Positions 47,040-60,600 are shown, counted from the first letter of the stretch. The stretch is 64,000 bases of DNA from Eledone cirrhosa (GCA_964016885.1 OZ024748.1:19220001-19284000), one strand, 5' to 3'. Numbers and translations: made by a program. The notes: a model not told the origin generated them from the letters alone.

Positions 47040-47330
47040 AGCGTGTGTATATTTAAGCAAATTACTCGAAATTTTATACACAAGAGCGTGTGTATTTTAT
47101 GTTCCAGGAAAGTACTTGAACTTTTATACACAATAATGTGTGTATATTATGTTTTTAGTAAAGTACTTGAAGTTTTATACTCAATAATGTATGTATTTTA
47201 TGTTTTTAGTAAAGTACTTGAAGGTTTATACTCAATAATGTATGTATTTTATGTTTTTAGCAAAGCAATTGATAATTTATAGATGATAGCATGTGTATAT
47301 TATGTTTTTAGTAAAGTATTTGAAACTTAA
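47040..47330. repeat. 51-bp minisatellite, about 5-6 units
   Basis: AAGTACTTGA at 47110, 47161 and 47212. Confidence 0.88.
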
Positions 47331-47549
47331 AACTTAATTCACGAGCTCTAAGTTCTAGTAATATGAATTTTTAGAGTTTTGCAGTCCCCAGTTCTAGGTT
47401 TACGAATCGTCAGGTTCGCAATCTCCTGGTTAGAAACTATTGATGTAAAAAATATTTTCAGCTGTATAAGTTTCGTTCTCACCGTTACATTAGCAGTTGT
47501 TTACTAGGAAAGTAGACCAAGGCAAAGGCAAGTGGTGATGGTTGTCATT

Positions 47550-47970
47550 ATATTGGTAGTATTGGTAAAGCGTCGGATAAAATGCTTTGTGGCATTGAGT
47601 AACGGCCCTTTACGTTCTGAGTTCAAATCCCATCGAGGTTAGCTTTGCCTTTTATCTTTACGAGGTCGATAAAATAAAGCACCACTAATGCGCTGGGTCG
47701 ATTTAATCGACTTTCCCCTCCCCTCAAATTATTGGCCCTTGCCTAAATCAGATACAATTATATTGGAAGTATCGGTAAAGCATCGGACAAAATGCTTTGC
47801 CGCATAGAGTAACGGCCCTTTACGTTCTGAGTTCAAATCCCGCTGAGGTTAGCCATGCCTTTCATCCTTACGTGATTGATAAAATAAAGTACCAGTAACG
47901 TACTGAGGTCAATTTAATGGACTTTGCCCTCCCCCAAATTGTTGACCTTGTGCCTAAATCAGAAACCCTT
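47550..47970 (+). mobile_element. Two tandem long-type Meta-domain SINEs
   Basis: Family match including the GTCGATTTAATCGACTTTCCCC segment. Confidence 0.85.
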
Positions 47971-48302
47971 ATTTAGCTTTATGGTAGATTTGATCAAAAG
48001 CATTCCAGACATAAATATCATGTTTTTATTTGCAGATATGATGTATCGAGGACGAGGTTCACGAGTAAGGGTGAAGACGTCTGGCCAACCTGCTAAGGTA
48101 TTCATTTTACAATCTTAATGTCATGAGTTCTATTCCTGGCGGCACCATGTGTCGTTCAGAAAGACCCTTTATTTAACATTGCTTCACTCTCGAGAAAAAT
48201 CGAATGAATTGTACCTGTAAATTCAAAGCACCGCCATTGTCACACACACATACACATATACACACACACACACACTCACAAACACACACATATACACACA
48301 CT

Positions 48303-48335
<33 letters not shown>

Positions 48336-48669
48336 TCACACACTCTCTCTCTCTCACACACACACACGTATTTATATATATATGCACACACACGCACACA
48401 CACACATACACACAGACTGTACACGTGTCTGTGGAATGCTCAGCCACTGGCACGCATATTTTACTAGCAGGGTTTTTCGTGCAACTAAAAAAGTAGACGA
48501 CATAGCGTTGACAACGAAGGAGTTTCAACACAGCACAAGGGGAAGTAACCGTAGGTCCGACTAAACAAAAACATATTTTGTTGGTTGGGGAAATAATTAC
48601 GTTAAGATGAAATGTGAGAAATGATTATAATTGCTGGAATTATAATAAGAAATCGTCTCTATTTTTATG

Positions 48670-48729
<60 letters not shown>

Positions 48730-48933
48730 TACACATACACACACACACATATATATTTCTATATATATGTATGCATATATATGTATATGAATATGTATAT
48801 GTATATATATATATATATATATAATATATGGGGTAACAAATAATAGTTAAATGCAGTCCACTTAGGTGTAGTCCAGTTATGGTACTGAGATTAAAAACCT
48901 TTTTTGTATAGCAAACCGTGTCACTCCTCTTTC

Positions 48934-48986
<53 letters not shown>

Positions 48987-49088
48987 GTATATATATATAT
49001 TTATATACACCCAAACATACCCACAAGCCTATTTTTTATATATATTTAAACACATATATATATATACACAAACATACACACACACATA

Positions 49089-49255
<167 letters not shown>

Positions 49256-49957
49256 GCACTAAAGTGAGTTTACGCAGTCAACCATGTTTCATTTCTGAAG
49301 CGTTTTATCCGTTATATTGGAAACTTTAACCATTCTTAGGATATATTCCTCACCTAAGTCCAGAGGAAGACAGCAAACACAAAAGATTCTTTACATCTGG
49401 CAAATATTAGAGAGGCTGAGAAGCTGGCTCCGAAGTTTGACATTAAACGTTACAGCAATCCTCTATGTTGGCGTCATAGAAGAGTTAATAGAAGATATAA
49501 TACATGAAAGAAACCAAAAAAGACGGATGTGAACTATGTTCTGAGAAAGTTTATATATCAGACAAAACTCTGAACAGTCTGTACCATAAGCATTAGACCC
49601 GCCACATCAAGAAATAAGCGACGGGGTGGGGTTTAGGAGGAAGCTCTGGATTAGATGGAAGAGTTTGTAGTCTAAACTTAGGCAGTTATTTAGTGAGTCA
49701 GAGTTAAATAATGACAAAATAAGACACAAACAAGAAGTAGTTAGTTAATTCAGTGTTTTACGATCGTTTAAGAGGGCAAAAATTCATTGATGGGCAGACC
49801 AATAGATATATCATCAGCCTCGCAATAGCACATCTCTTCTGCTGTCCTCATCTATCTTCAGAAACATATAGAAACGCACACACATATATACACACACGCG
49901 CACACACACACGCACACACACACACCGACACACTTATATATATTTATCATTCATAAG

Positions 49958-50115
49958 TATGAAATCCCCAGGAATGACATTCCTCATGATTTCATGCGAA
50001 TGAAACAGTTCTAGTCCTGTAGAACTCATTTCTAGCTAAAATAAGGATGTCTACCCTCTACCAACATACTGAGCACCGTTTTTAATTGATGTTACCTCCC
50101 GACACCACCCGGTAA
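49958..50115 (+). mobile_element. PLE family C copy with a short inverted head
   Basis: GAATGAAACAGTTCTAGTCCTGTAGAA is shared with 39903-39929. Confidence 0.6.
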
Positions 50116-50140
50116 TCTACATAATATATATATATATATA

Positions 50141-50557
50141 TTGTTATGCTTTGGGAGGGTCATGTTGCCAATGAGAAACACACGCACCAGTTGCTTTCAC
50201 TTCAATTTATTATAAATTAAATTTATAAATTTAAGAATTTATAAATTTCCGGTTGGTTGGTTGGTTCCACAACCAGACGATTGTTCATATATTGTCAAAG
50301 TTCTTTCGTCACACATTCTGTGACCTCTTCAGTGACTGGGGATTCTTTTCTTTGTTTTTGTGCCACTCCTTTGTTCTGTCCTACGCCATCTTGTTTTTGT
50401 GTGCGTTGTGTGGTTAGTTTGTGCATGTGTTACATCCGGGTATCTGTGTGTGTTTATATTTGTTTAATTATTTGTTTATTTACACGTTACAGTATAACAA
50501 TATCGGTTTCAACACACGTTTTCAGATAAAGAATCTTGCTAAACAAATTCAGAAACG

Positions 50558-50560
<3 letters not shown>
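50141..50560 (-). mobile_element. PLE family A copy (HHR at 50294-50336, minus) with inverted tail 50491-50560
   Basis: Matches 35148-35330 and 51945-52210; (TA)n on both sides. Confidence 0.75.
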
Positions 50561-50617
<57 letters not shown>

Positions 50618-51086
50618 AGAGCAAACATCACGAGTGCTCTATCTCAAAATTATTTTTGAAAAGCATTAGAAATGCGCAACCGGTAAAAACTTAAAACTAA
50701 AACTGAATACTAACCAATACTTATTACTAATTTATACTTATTCCTAATTAAACTATTTTTCACTGGGAAAAATTTGTCAGCATTTTCTTTTCCTTTTTAC
50801 TAATATATCACAACTCGTGTGTCACACCTCTATTTTAAAAAAAAATATATATATTTAAAAAAAAAAAAATATATATATAGTTGTTGTAGGGTTGTAGGTG
50901 AATGCGTCCGTAGACGGTATGCCGGTTGAGCACTCGATGCCGCGCAGAGCAGACTATAATATATGTGAAGATACTTCGAATGCATATCTTGACCCGAGCT
51001 GATGGACGGAGAAACATATGTAATATGTTAATAAGTGTGAGATGATGTAACACTGATTCCTCATTCTTTATAATATATATATATAT

Positions 51087-51640
51087 ACTAGCAGAAAACC
51101 ACACGTGGGCGGTTTTCTGCTAGTCTATATATCTAAAACAGAGAATGTCTGTCTGTTTGTCAGCTCACTAAAACTTGAGAACCATCCAACCGATTGTTTT
51201 CAAACTTTAGACATCTAATACTTATGGTCCTGTGAGTGTTTTGAGCAAAAATTATTTCAAATTTTCAATGCCCTAGGGACCGCATTAGGCGATTTAGCGT
51301 TCTCTCTATATAATCCTTAGTCTTTCTTTTTAGATAGATACATAGATATAACGTTGCGCCCTTATAATATCTGTCTGTATGTCTGGCTGTCTGCATTACG
51401 TCATTATGACGCGCTCAGCGCGATTCCCTCGGTCTCAGTGACCAAAGTCAGTGGAGAGGGGAAGGTAATGTTTCTGTAGCACGTGTTTTAGCGTCTATTC
51501 ACTCTCTCTCTCTCTCCCTCTCTCCCTCCCGCTATCCCCCTCTCGTAGTATGTCTCTTTCTTTCACGCTCACTCTCTCTCTACGCACGTGCTTCCACTGT
51601 CGGACAGACAGACAGAGAAATTGCTGGTTATATATATAAG
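51087..51640. mobile_element. Helitron-like non-autonomous ends in head-to-head and tandem arrangement
   Basis: ACTAGCAGAAAACC..GGTTTTCTGCTAG|TCTATATATCTAAAA..GTCTGTCTG..CAACCGATTG; an inverted similar head lies at about 51600-51640. Confidence 0.55.
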
Positions 51641-51896
51641 TAAATATATATGGTTTTAGCATTTATTTTTAATCATTTATTTTGTTTTGACCTGTTTAGC
51701 TTGATTTGCTTTTTGGCTTAGGTGGTTGATGCTTTCTTGACCACTTTTTCAGTTTTGTATGGCTTCTTAACACATTGTTTAGCTCTGGTTTTTAACTATT
51801 GAGCACTTTGCCAGTGTCATCTCTGATTTTTGCGTTTCGTTTCGCCTTTCCTACCCGCCGAAATGCGATTCTCGCTGAATCTATATGTATATATAT

Positions 51897-51944
<48 letters not shown>

Positions 51945-51952
<8 letters not shown>

Positions 51953-52532
51953 ATACTTTGGGAGGGTCATGTTGCCAATAAGAAACACACGCACCAGTTG
52001 CTTTCACTTCAATTTATTATATATTTATAAATTTATAAATTTACAAATCTACAAATTTATAAATTTCTGGTTGGTTGGTTGGTTGGTTCCACAACCAGAT
52101 AGTTGTTTATATATAGTCATAGTCCTTTCGTCACACACTCCGTTAACTCTTCAGTGACTGGGGATTCCTTTCTTTGTTTCTGTGCCTTTCCTTTCTTCTG
52201 TCCTACGCCAACAAAATGGCGTAGGACAGAAGAAAGGAAAGGCACAGAAACAAAGAAAGGAATCCCCAGTCACTGAAGAGTTAACGGAGTGTGTGACGAA
52301 AGGACTATGACTATATATAAACAACTATCTGGTTGTGGAACCAACCAACCAACCAGAAATTTATAAATTTGTAGATTTGTAAATTTATAAATTTATAAAT
52401 ATATAATAAATTGAAGTGAAAGCAACTGGTGCGTGTGTTTCTTATTGGCAACATGACCCTCCCAAAGTATAACAATATCGGTTTCAACACACGATTTCAG
52501 ATAAAGAATCTTGGTAAACAAATTCAGAAACG

Positions 52533-52534
<2 letters not shown>
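51945..52534. mobile_element. PLE family A large palindrome in (TA)n
   Basis: ~262-bp arms (51945-52210 / 52217-52478), 6-nt spacer; only a 4-bp (GGTT) indel seen; the right arm carries about 55 bp of extra tail. Confidence 0.8.
52268..52312 (+). ncRNA. Minimal type I hammerhead ribozyme (mirror copy at 52115-52159, minus)
   Basis: AGTCA-CTGAAGA-GTTA..TGAC-GAAA-G-GA-C-TA^TGACT; 5-bp stem I. Confidence 0.65.
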
Positions 52535-52604
<70 letters not shown>

Positions 52605-52897
52605 AGAGAACTTTGAGACACGATGTTTCAGATTTTCTGATGAAAAAGATTAAATGAAATGATGTTTCTGATGCAATTTTTTTCATATACTTTTTATTAG
52701 TATATGACATGAAATGACTGAGAGGCTTACAAAATACCATTAATACTTTACTACAAAGATTGGAAATAACATTTTTTACATCGTTAAATTCATCAAAAGC
52801 CACCATTCTGATAATATGTTGTAATTATAGTTAGTAATATATAATGTTGGAATTATAGTTAGTAATATATAATGTTGGAATTATACTTAGTAATATA

Positions 52898-53232
52898 TAA
52901 TTGTTTCTACTTAAGGCACAAGGCCAGCAATTACCCAGTGCATTACTGGTACTTTATTTTATCGACCCCGTAAGGATGAAAGGCAAAGTCAACCTCGGCG
53001 GGATTTGAACTCAGATCGTAAAGGGACGTAACTATACTATAGTTAGTAATATATAATTGTTTCTACTTTAGGCACAAGGCCAGCAATTATCCAGTGCATT
53101 ACTGGTACTTTATTTTATCGACCCCGTAAGGATGAAAGGCAAAGTCAACCTCGGCGGGATTTGAACTCAGATCGTAAAGGGACGTAACTATGCTGGAAAG
53201 CATGGCGTCCGACCCTCTACCGATACTACCAA
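52898..53232 (-). mobile_element. Two tandem Meta-domain SINEs within a 28-bp minisatellite
   Basis: Family matches 52898-53035 and 53055-53232; AATTATAGTTAGTAATATATAATGTTGG-type units lie before, between and after. Confidence 0.88.
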
Positions 53233-53370
53233 TATATATAATGTTGCAATTATAGTTAGTAATATATATATATATTCATATTCTTAACCACTCTATTCTG
53301 GCACACACACGCAGCCATACATACCCACACATACTTATGTATGTATGTATGTATGTATGTATGTATGTAT

Positions 53371-53500
53371 GTCCAGCCAGCGACTTGAAACCTCTGGTAC
53401 AAACACTACACTCGTTCAGCGCTTCGGTAGGGGTTATCCTACATGGATGTAAAGTAGTGGCCGTACTCGAAAACGAGTTGGCAGCCACCATGTATATATG

Positions 53501-53532
<32 letters not shown>

Positions 53533-56434
53533 TGTGTGTATGTATATGTGTATGTATGTATATGTGTATGTATGTATGTATGTGTATATGTATGTATGTG
53601 TATATATATGTATATGTATGTATGTGTATATGTATGTATGTGTATATATATGTATGTATGTGTATGTGTATGTATATATATGTGTATGTATGTATATGTA
53701 TATGTATGTATGTATGTATATATGTATGTATGTATATATGTATGTATGTGTGTATGTATGTATATGTGTATGTATGTATATGTATATGTATGTATATGTA
53801 TATATGTATGTATATGTGTATGTGTATGTATGTGTATATGTATGTATATGTATATGTATGTATATGTATATATGTATGTATGTATATGTATGTATGTATA
53901 TGTATATATGTATGTATATGTATATGTATGTATGTGTGTATATATGTATGTATGTGTATATGTATGTATGTATGTGTGTATGTATGTATATGTGTATGTA
54001 TGTATATATGTATGTATGTGTGTGTGTATGTATGTGTGTGTGTATGTATGTATGTATATATGTATGTATGTGTATGTGTGTGTGTATGTGTATATATGTA
54101 TGTATATGTCAAAGGGCAAAGGAGCTCTTAAGAGTCAATGGCCATCTAAAATCACTGGGAGAGATGACCCCTTAGCCTTTGTCAAGGCAGAATTCTAGGA
54201 GAAGGAAAACTCTGATATAACACCTGCAACCCTGATGGTATCCAATGATGTTGACTTGTTCTTCTTTTTGGTAAATATCATCTTGGTTAAGAGAGTGGGA
54301 CTGGCTTTGTGCAGTGCCTTTGCTCACTATAAAAGCTTCACGGCACAGGCATTGCTTTATATTCTGGAGATCTCTCTGCACTTGTCATCACATGGTACCA
54401 TGGGCCCAGCACTGTGTCAATAATTGTCACAAGTGTAGTGTTTGTACCAGAGTTTTCAAGTCGCTGGCTGGACTAAAAAGTCACACTCGTTCAGCGCATT
54501 GGTAGGGGTTCTCCTACATTGATATAAAGTAGTGGCCGTACTCGAAAACGAGTTGGCAGCCACCATGTATGTATGTATGTATGTATGTATGTATGTCAGT
54601 CCCACTCTCTTAACCAAGATGATATTTACCAAAAAGAAAAACAAGTCAACACCATTGGATACCATCAGGGTTGCAGCTGTTATATCAGAGTTTTCCTTCT
54701 CCTAGAATTCTGCCATGACAAAGGCTAACGGGTCATCCCTGCCAGTGATTTTGGATGACCATTGACTCTTAAGAGCTCCTTTGCCCTTTGACAGGTTTTG
54801 TTTTTAGTCCTGCAGGATGTCCAAAGTCACCCTCCTCACCAAGAAACATGGTGGGGTTGCCACTTTAGTCGTCAACGACCCGACCATGAGACAGGTTGTA
54901 CAGTGCCTTTGCTCACTATAAAAGCTTCACGGCACAGGTATTGCTTTATATCTGGATATCTCTCTGCACTTGCCGTCACATGGTACCATGGGCCCAGCAC
55001 TATGTGTCAATAATTGTCACAAGTGTAGTGTTTGTACCAGAGTTTTCAAGTCGCTGGCTGGACTAAAAAGTCACACTCGTTCAGCGCATCAGTAGGGGTT
55101 CTCCTACATGGATATAAAGTAGTGGCCGTACTCGAAAACGAGTTGGCAGCCACCATGTATGTATGTGTGTATGTATATATGTATGTATGTATGTATGTCA
55201 GGTCACCAGTTGGTGCTACTGGTAACATGTATCCAAGTACAACCTGTCTCATGGTCGGGTCGTTGGCGACTAAACTGGCAACCCCACCAAGGTTTCTTGG
55301 TGAGGAGGGTGACTTTGGACATCCTGCAGGACTAAAAACAAAACCTGTCAAAAGGCAAAGGAACTCTTAAGAGTCAATGGCCATCCAAAATCACCGCGAG
55401 AGATGACCCCTTAGCCTTTGTCAAGGCAGAATTCTAGGAGAAGGAAAACTCTGTTATAACACCTGCAACCCTGATGGTATCCAATGATGTTGACTTGTTC
55501 TTCTTTTTGGTAAATATCATCTTGGTTAAGAGAGTGGGACTGGCTTTGTGCAGTGCCTTTGCTCACTATAAAAGCTTCACGGCACAGGCATTGCTTTATA
55601 TCTGGAGATCTCTGCACTTGCCGTCACATGGTACCATGGGCCCAGCACTATGTGTCAATAATTGTCACAAGTGTAGTGTTTGTACCAGAGTTTTCAAGTC
55701 GCTGGCTGGACTAAAAAGTCACACTCGTTCAGCGCATCGGTAGGGGTTCTCCTACATGGATATAAAGTAGTGGCCGTACTCGAAAACGAGTTGGCAGCCA
55801 CCATGTATGTATGTGTGTATGTATATATGTATGTATGTATGTATGTCAGGTCACCAGTTGGTGCTACTGGTAACATGTATCCAAGTACAACCTGTCTCAT
55901 GGTCGGGTCGTTGGCGACTAAACTGGCAACCCCACCAAGGTTTCTTGGTGAGGAGGGTGACTTTGGACATCCTGCAGGACTAAAAACAAAACCTGTCAAA
56001 AGGCAAAGGAACTCTTAAGAGTCAATGGCCATCCAAAATCACCGCGAGAGATGACCCCTTAGCCTTTGTCAAGGCAGAATTCTAGGAGAAGGAAAACTCT
56101 GATATAACACCTGCAACCCTGATGGTATCCAATGATGTTGACTTGTTCTTCTTTTTGGTAAATATCATCTTGGTTAAGAGAGTGGGACTGGCTTTGTGCA
56201 GTGCCTTTTCTCACTATAAAAGCTTCACGGCACAGGCATTGCTTTATATCTGGAGATCTCTCTGCACTTGTCGTCACTGGCTGGACTAAAAAGTCACACT
56301 CGTTCAGCGCATCGGTAGGGGTTCTCCTATATGGATATAAAGTAGTGGCCGTACTCGAAAACGAGTTGGCAGCCACCATGTATGTATGTATGTATGTATG
56401 TATGTATGTATGTATGTATGTATGTATGTATGTA
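53371..56434 (+). mobile_element. Five stacked copies of a ~605-bp non-autonomous RTE-derived element with (TATG)n tails
   Basis: Copies 53371-53490, 54107-54565, 54597-55155, 55199-55803, 55847-56378. C-terminal C2H2-like peptide CSVCTRVFKSLAGLKSHTRSAH; 3' stem-loop GTGGC..CTCG-AAAA-CGAG..GCCAC; 648-bp period between the last two copies. Confidence 0.82.
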
Positions 56435-56468
56435 TCTTCTTCTATCTCTCCATCTCTCTCTCCAACTT

Positions 56469-56563
<95 letters not shown>

Positions 56564-56564
56564 G

Positions 56565-57150
56565 TGGTGGTGGTATTGGTGTTGATAGTGATGATGGTGA
56601 TAATGGGGATGATGGGGGTGGTGATGATGGTGGTGCGGTGATGGTAGTGGTGGGGATGATGATGATGTTGGTAACGGTGATAGTGCTGATGGTAATGAAT
56701 ATAACGATGATGGTTGTGATAGTGGTGGTGATGGCGATGGCGATGCTGGTGGTGATGATGATGATGATGATGATAGTGTTGATGGTGGTGAAGAAGGTGG
56801 TGATGGTGTTGGTAACGGTGATAGTGCTGGTGGTGGTGGTGATAGTGATGATGACGATGCTGGTGATGATATTGATGGTGATAGTGGTGGTGGTGGTGAT
56901 GGTGGTGATGGTGATGATAGTGATGATGATAGTGGTGGTGGTGGTGGTGGTGATGATAGTGATGGTGATAGTGGTGGTGGTGATGATGGTGGTGGTGGTG
57001 GTGATGATGATAGTGGTGGTGATAGTGGTGGTGATGGTGATGATGGTGATGATAGTGATGGTGATAGTGGTGGTGATGGTGATGATGGTGATGATAGTGA
57101 TGGTGATAGTGGTGGTGGTGATGATGATAGTGGTGGTGGTGGTGGTGGTG
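56565..57150. repeat. (GGT/GAT)n low-complexity tract
   Basis: Direct reading. Confidence 0.92.
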
Positions 57151-57204
57151 ATCCTACATCTGTTACCACTTAACTCTCCTTCATCCTATGTTTTTCTCAT
57201 CGTC

Positions 57205-57985
57205 AACATACACATACACTGACATACACATACACTAACATACACATACACTGACATACACATACACACACTAACATCTACATATATACACTAACATACA
57301 CATACACACACTAACATCTACATATATACACTAACATACACATATACAGCCAGTCCTCTATCTCTCTTTCTCACTCACCACATTACGTATACATACACTA
57401 ACATACACATACACACACTAACATACACACACATACACTAACATACACATACACACACTGACATACACATATAGATACTAACATACATACTAACATATAC
57501 ATATATACTAACATACACACACATACACTAACATACATATATACAGACTAACATACGCACACATACACTAACATACACATATATATACTAACATACACAT
57601 ATACATACACTTGCTGTAACATACACACATACATGCTAACATATACATACACGTGCTGTAACATATACACATACATACACTAACGTACATATATACATGC
57701 TGTAACATACACATATACATACACTAACACAGACATACACACACTAACATACATACACATATACACATACACTAGCATACACATGCACACATATACACAC
57801 TAAAATACATACCCATACGCACAGACATAACATACATATACACACAAACATACACATATATACACAAACACATACACTCACATACACATATATACACTAA
57901 CATGCATACACACATAGACACGCACATACATAGACACACGTGCATATACACACATACACACATACCCATAAACACACAGACCTAT
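57205..57985. repeat. (CA)-derived degenerate minisatellite (ACATACACACTA)
   Basis: Direct reading. Confidence 0.85.
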
Positions 57986-58194
57986 ACACATACACACATA
58001 GACGCAGTGTGTATGCCTGTGTGTGTATGTGTATATATGTATGTGTCTTTGTGTGTGTATATGTGAACTTGTGCGTGCAGGTGTATGTGTGTATGTGCAG
58101 GTGTGTGTGTGTGTATAGCTGTGTGCGTGGGAGTGTATGGGTGTGCGAGCGCGTGTACATATGTGTGTGTGAGTGTATGGCTATGTGTGTATGT

Positions 58195-58990
58195 TTGTGT
58201 AGGGGTGTGTGTGTGTGCGTTGGTGTATAACTGTGTGTGTGGGTGTAGGGGTGTGTGTGCGTGTGTGTGTGTATGTGTATAACTGTGCGTGTGAGTGTAG
58301 GGGTGTGTGTGTGCGTGTATGTATAACTGTGTGTGAGTGTAGGTGTGTGTTTGCGTATGCGTGGGTGTATAACTTTGTGTGTGAGTGCAGGTGTGTGTGT
58401 GTGCTTGTGTGTATAACTGTGTGTGTGAGTGTAGGGGTGTGTATGTGTGCGTGGGTGTATAACTGTGTATGTGAGTGTAGGGGTGTGTATGTGTGCGTGG
58501 GTGTATAACTGTGTGTGTGAGTGTAGGTGTGTGTGTGTGTATGCGTGGGTGTATAACTGTGTGTGTGAGTGTAGGTGTGTGTGTGTGCTTGTGTGTATAA
58601 CTGTGTGTGTGAGTGTAGGTGTGTGTGTGTGCGTGGGTGTATAACTGTGTGTTCGAGTGTAGGGGTGTGTATGTGTGCGTGGGTGTATAACTGTGTGTGT
58701 GAGTCTAGGTGTGTGTGTGTGCGTGCATGGGGGTATAACTGTGTGTGTGAGTGTAGGTGTGTGTGTGTGCTTGTGTGTATAACTGTGTGTGTGAGTGTAG
58801 GTGTGTGTGTGTGCGTGGGTGTATAATTATGTGCGTAAGTGTAGGGGTGTGTATGTGTGTGTATCTGTGTACAACTGTGTGTGTGAGTGTAGGTGTGTGT
58901 GTGTGTGTGTGTGGGTGTATATCTGTGTGTGGTAGTGTACGGGTGTGTGTGTGCGTGTGTGTGGTAGTGTACGGGTGTGTGTGTGTATAT
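58195..58990. repeat. (GT)-derived ~44-bp minisatellite (GTATAACTGTGTGTGTGAGTGTAGG..)
   Basis: TATAACT recurs every ~42-48 bp. Confidence 0.88.
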
Positions 58991-59238
58991 TCACTACTAT
59001 AAACAAAAAGATTTCAAGTTCAAATATTACAACAAACAAAAAGGTTATAGTACTCAATACTCCTTAGTGTGTAGTGTATGTGTGCGTGCATATGTTTGTG
59101 TGTTTTTGTGTGTATGCTTATGTGTGGTGGTATACGTGTGAATGCGTGCGTGTGTATGTGTGTATATTTTTGTATATACATAATTGTACTTTCGATATAT
59201 AAGTATGTATGTATATGTGTATATATCAGTCTGTCTGA

Positions 59239-59271
<33 letters not shown>

Positions 59272-59348
59272 TGTATGTATGTATGTATGTATGCATGTCC
59301 GCTGTCTGAATGTATGTTTGTATATATCCATGTCTGTCTCTCTGAATG

Positions 59349-59432
<84 letters not shown>

Positions 59433-59513
59433 AACATATATATACATATATATATATATACATATATATATATAAACATATATATACATATATATATATA
59501 TACATATATATAC

Positions 59514-59546
<33 letters not shown>

Positions 59547-59549
59547 AAC

Positions 59550-59598
<49 letters not shown>

Positions 59599-59955
59599 TG
59601 TATATATAAATGTATATATATATGCATATATATATGTGCGTGTGTGTGTATGTGTGTATGTGTGTGTGTGTGTGTCGATATGCATTAGCGTAAACACAGG
59701 AAAGCTGAGACCTAGACTTATGAATGGTGCTGAGGCCTGTGAGATGCAGGTGGGTTTATAGTAGATGTATTGCAATAACACAGCAACGCCCTAACCTTAT
59801 ACATATATAGTATGGTCTGACTTTATAAGGATCCTCCTTAGCTTGTTGGGCTATGGGTGTGGTGGGGGATTTATAAGGACAATATGGAATGGGCACATGA
59901 ACATATAGATCTGATAATACAAGTATAGCAATACAGAGTAGGAGCTTCCAAAATA

Positions 59956-60600
59956 TTGGTTTCTTATATAGGTACAAGGCCAGCAATTTTATGGGAGGGG
60001 AAAGTCGATTAAATCGACCCCAGTGCGTGACAGGTACTTTATTTAATCGACCCCATAAGGATGAAAGGTAAAGCTAACTTCGGCGGGATTTGAACCCAGA
60101 TCACAAAGGACCATAACTCTAAAATAACCTGAAAATAATGGTTTCTTATATAGGCACAAGGCCAGCAATTTTATGGAAGGGGAAAGTCCATTAAATCGAC
60201 CCCAGTGCGTGACTGGTACTTTATTTAATCGACCCCATAAGGATGAAAGGTAAAGCTAACTTCGGCGGGATTTGAACCCAGATCATAAAGGACCATAACT
60301 CTATGCTGCAAAGCATCATGTCTGACATTCTACCGATACTGCCAATCCACCGCCCTCAAAATAATGGTTTCTTATATAGGTACAAAGCTAGTAATGTAGG
60401 GGAGGGGAAAGTCGATTAAATCTACCCCAGTGCGTGACAGGTACTTTATTTTATCGACCCTGTAAGGATGAAAGCCAAAGGTAACCTCGGCGGGATTTGA
60501 ACTCAGAACGTAAAGGGCCTTATCAGATCATAAAGGGCCGTAACCCTATGCTGCAAAGTATGGCGTCTGACTCTCTACTGATACTGCCAATCCACTACCC
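59956..60600 (-). mobile_element. Three tandem long-type Meta-domain SINEs
   Basis: Family matches at about 59956-60120, 60138-60356 and 60364-60600. Confidence 0.88.

Noticed and set aside
48035-48096. Candidate exon (TTTGCAG..AAG|GTATTC)
   Set aside because: Its 3' half is the head of a degenerate CORE-like SINE; the peptide is unrecognisable.
49310-49700. Very degenerate RTE C-terminal region
   Set aside because: Only a faint resemblance; too many stops and shifts to support as a feature.
55660-55743. Host C2H2 zinc-finger gene
   Set aside because: Single finger at the end of a repeated retroelement unit with a (TATG)n tail.
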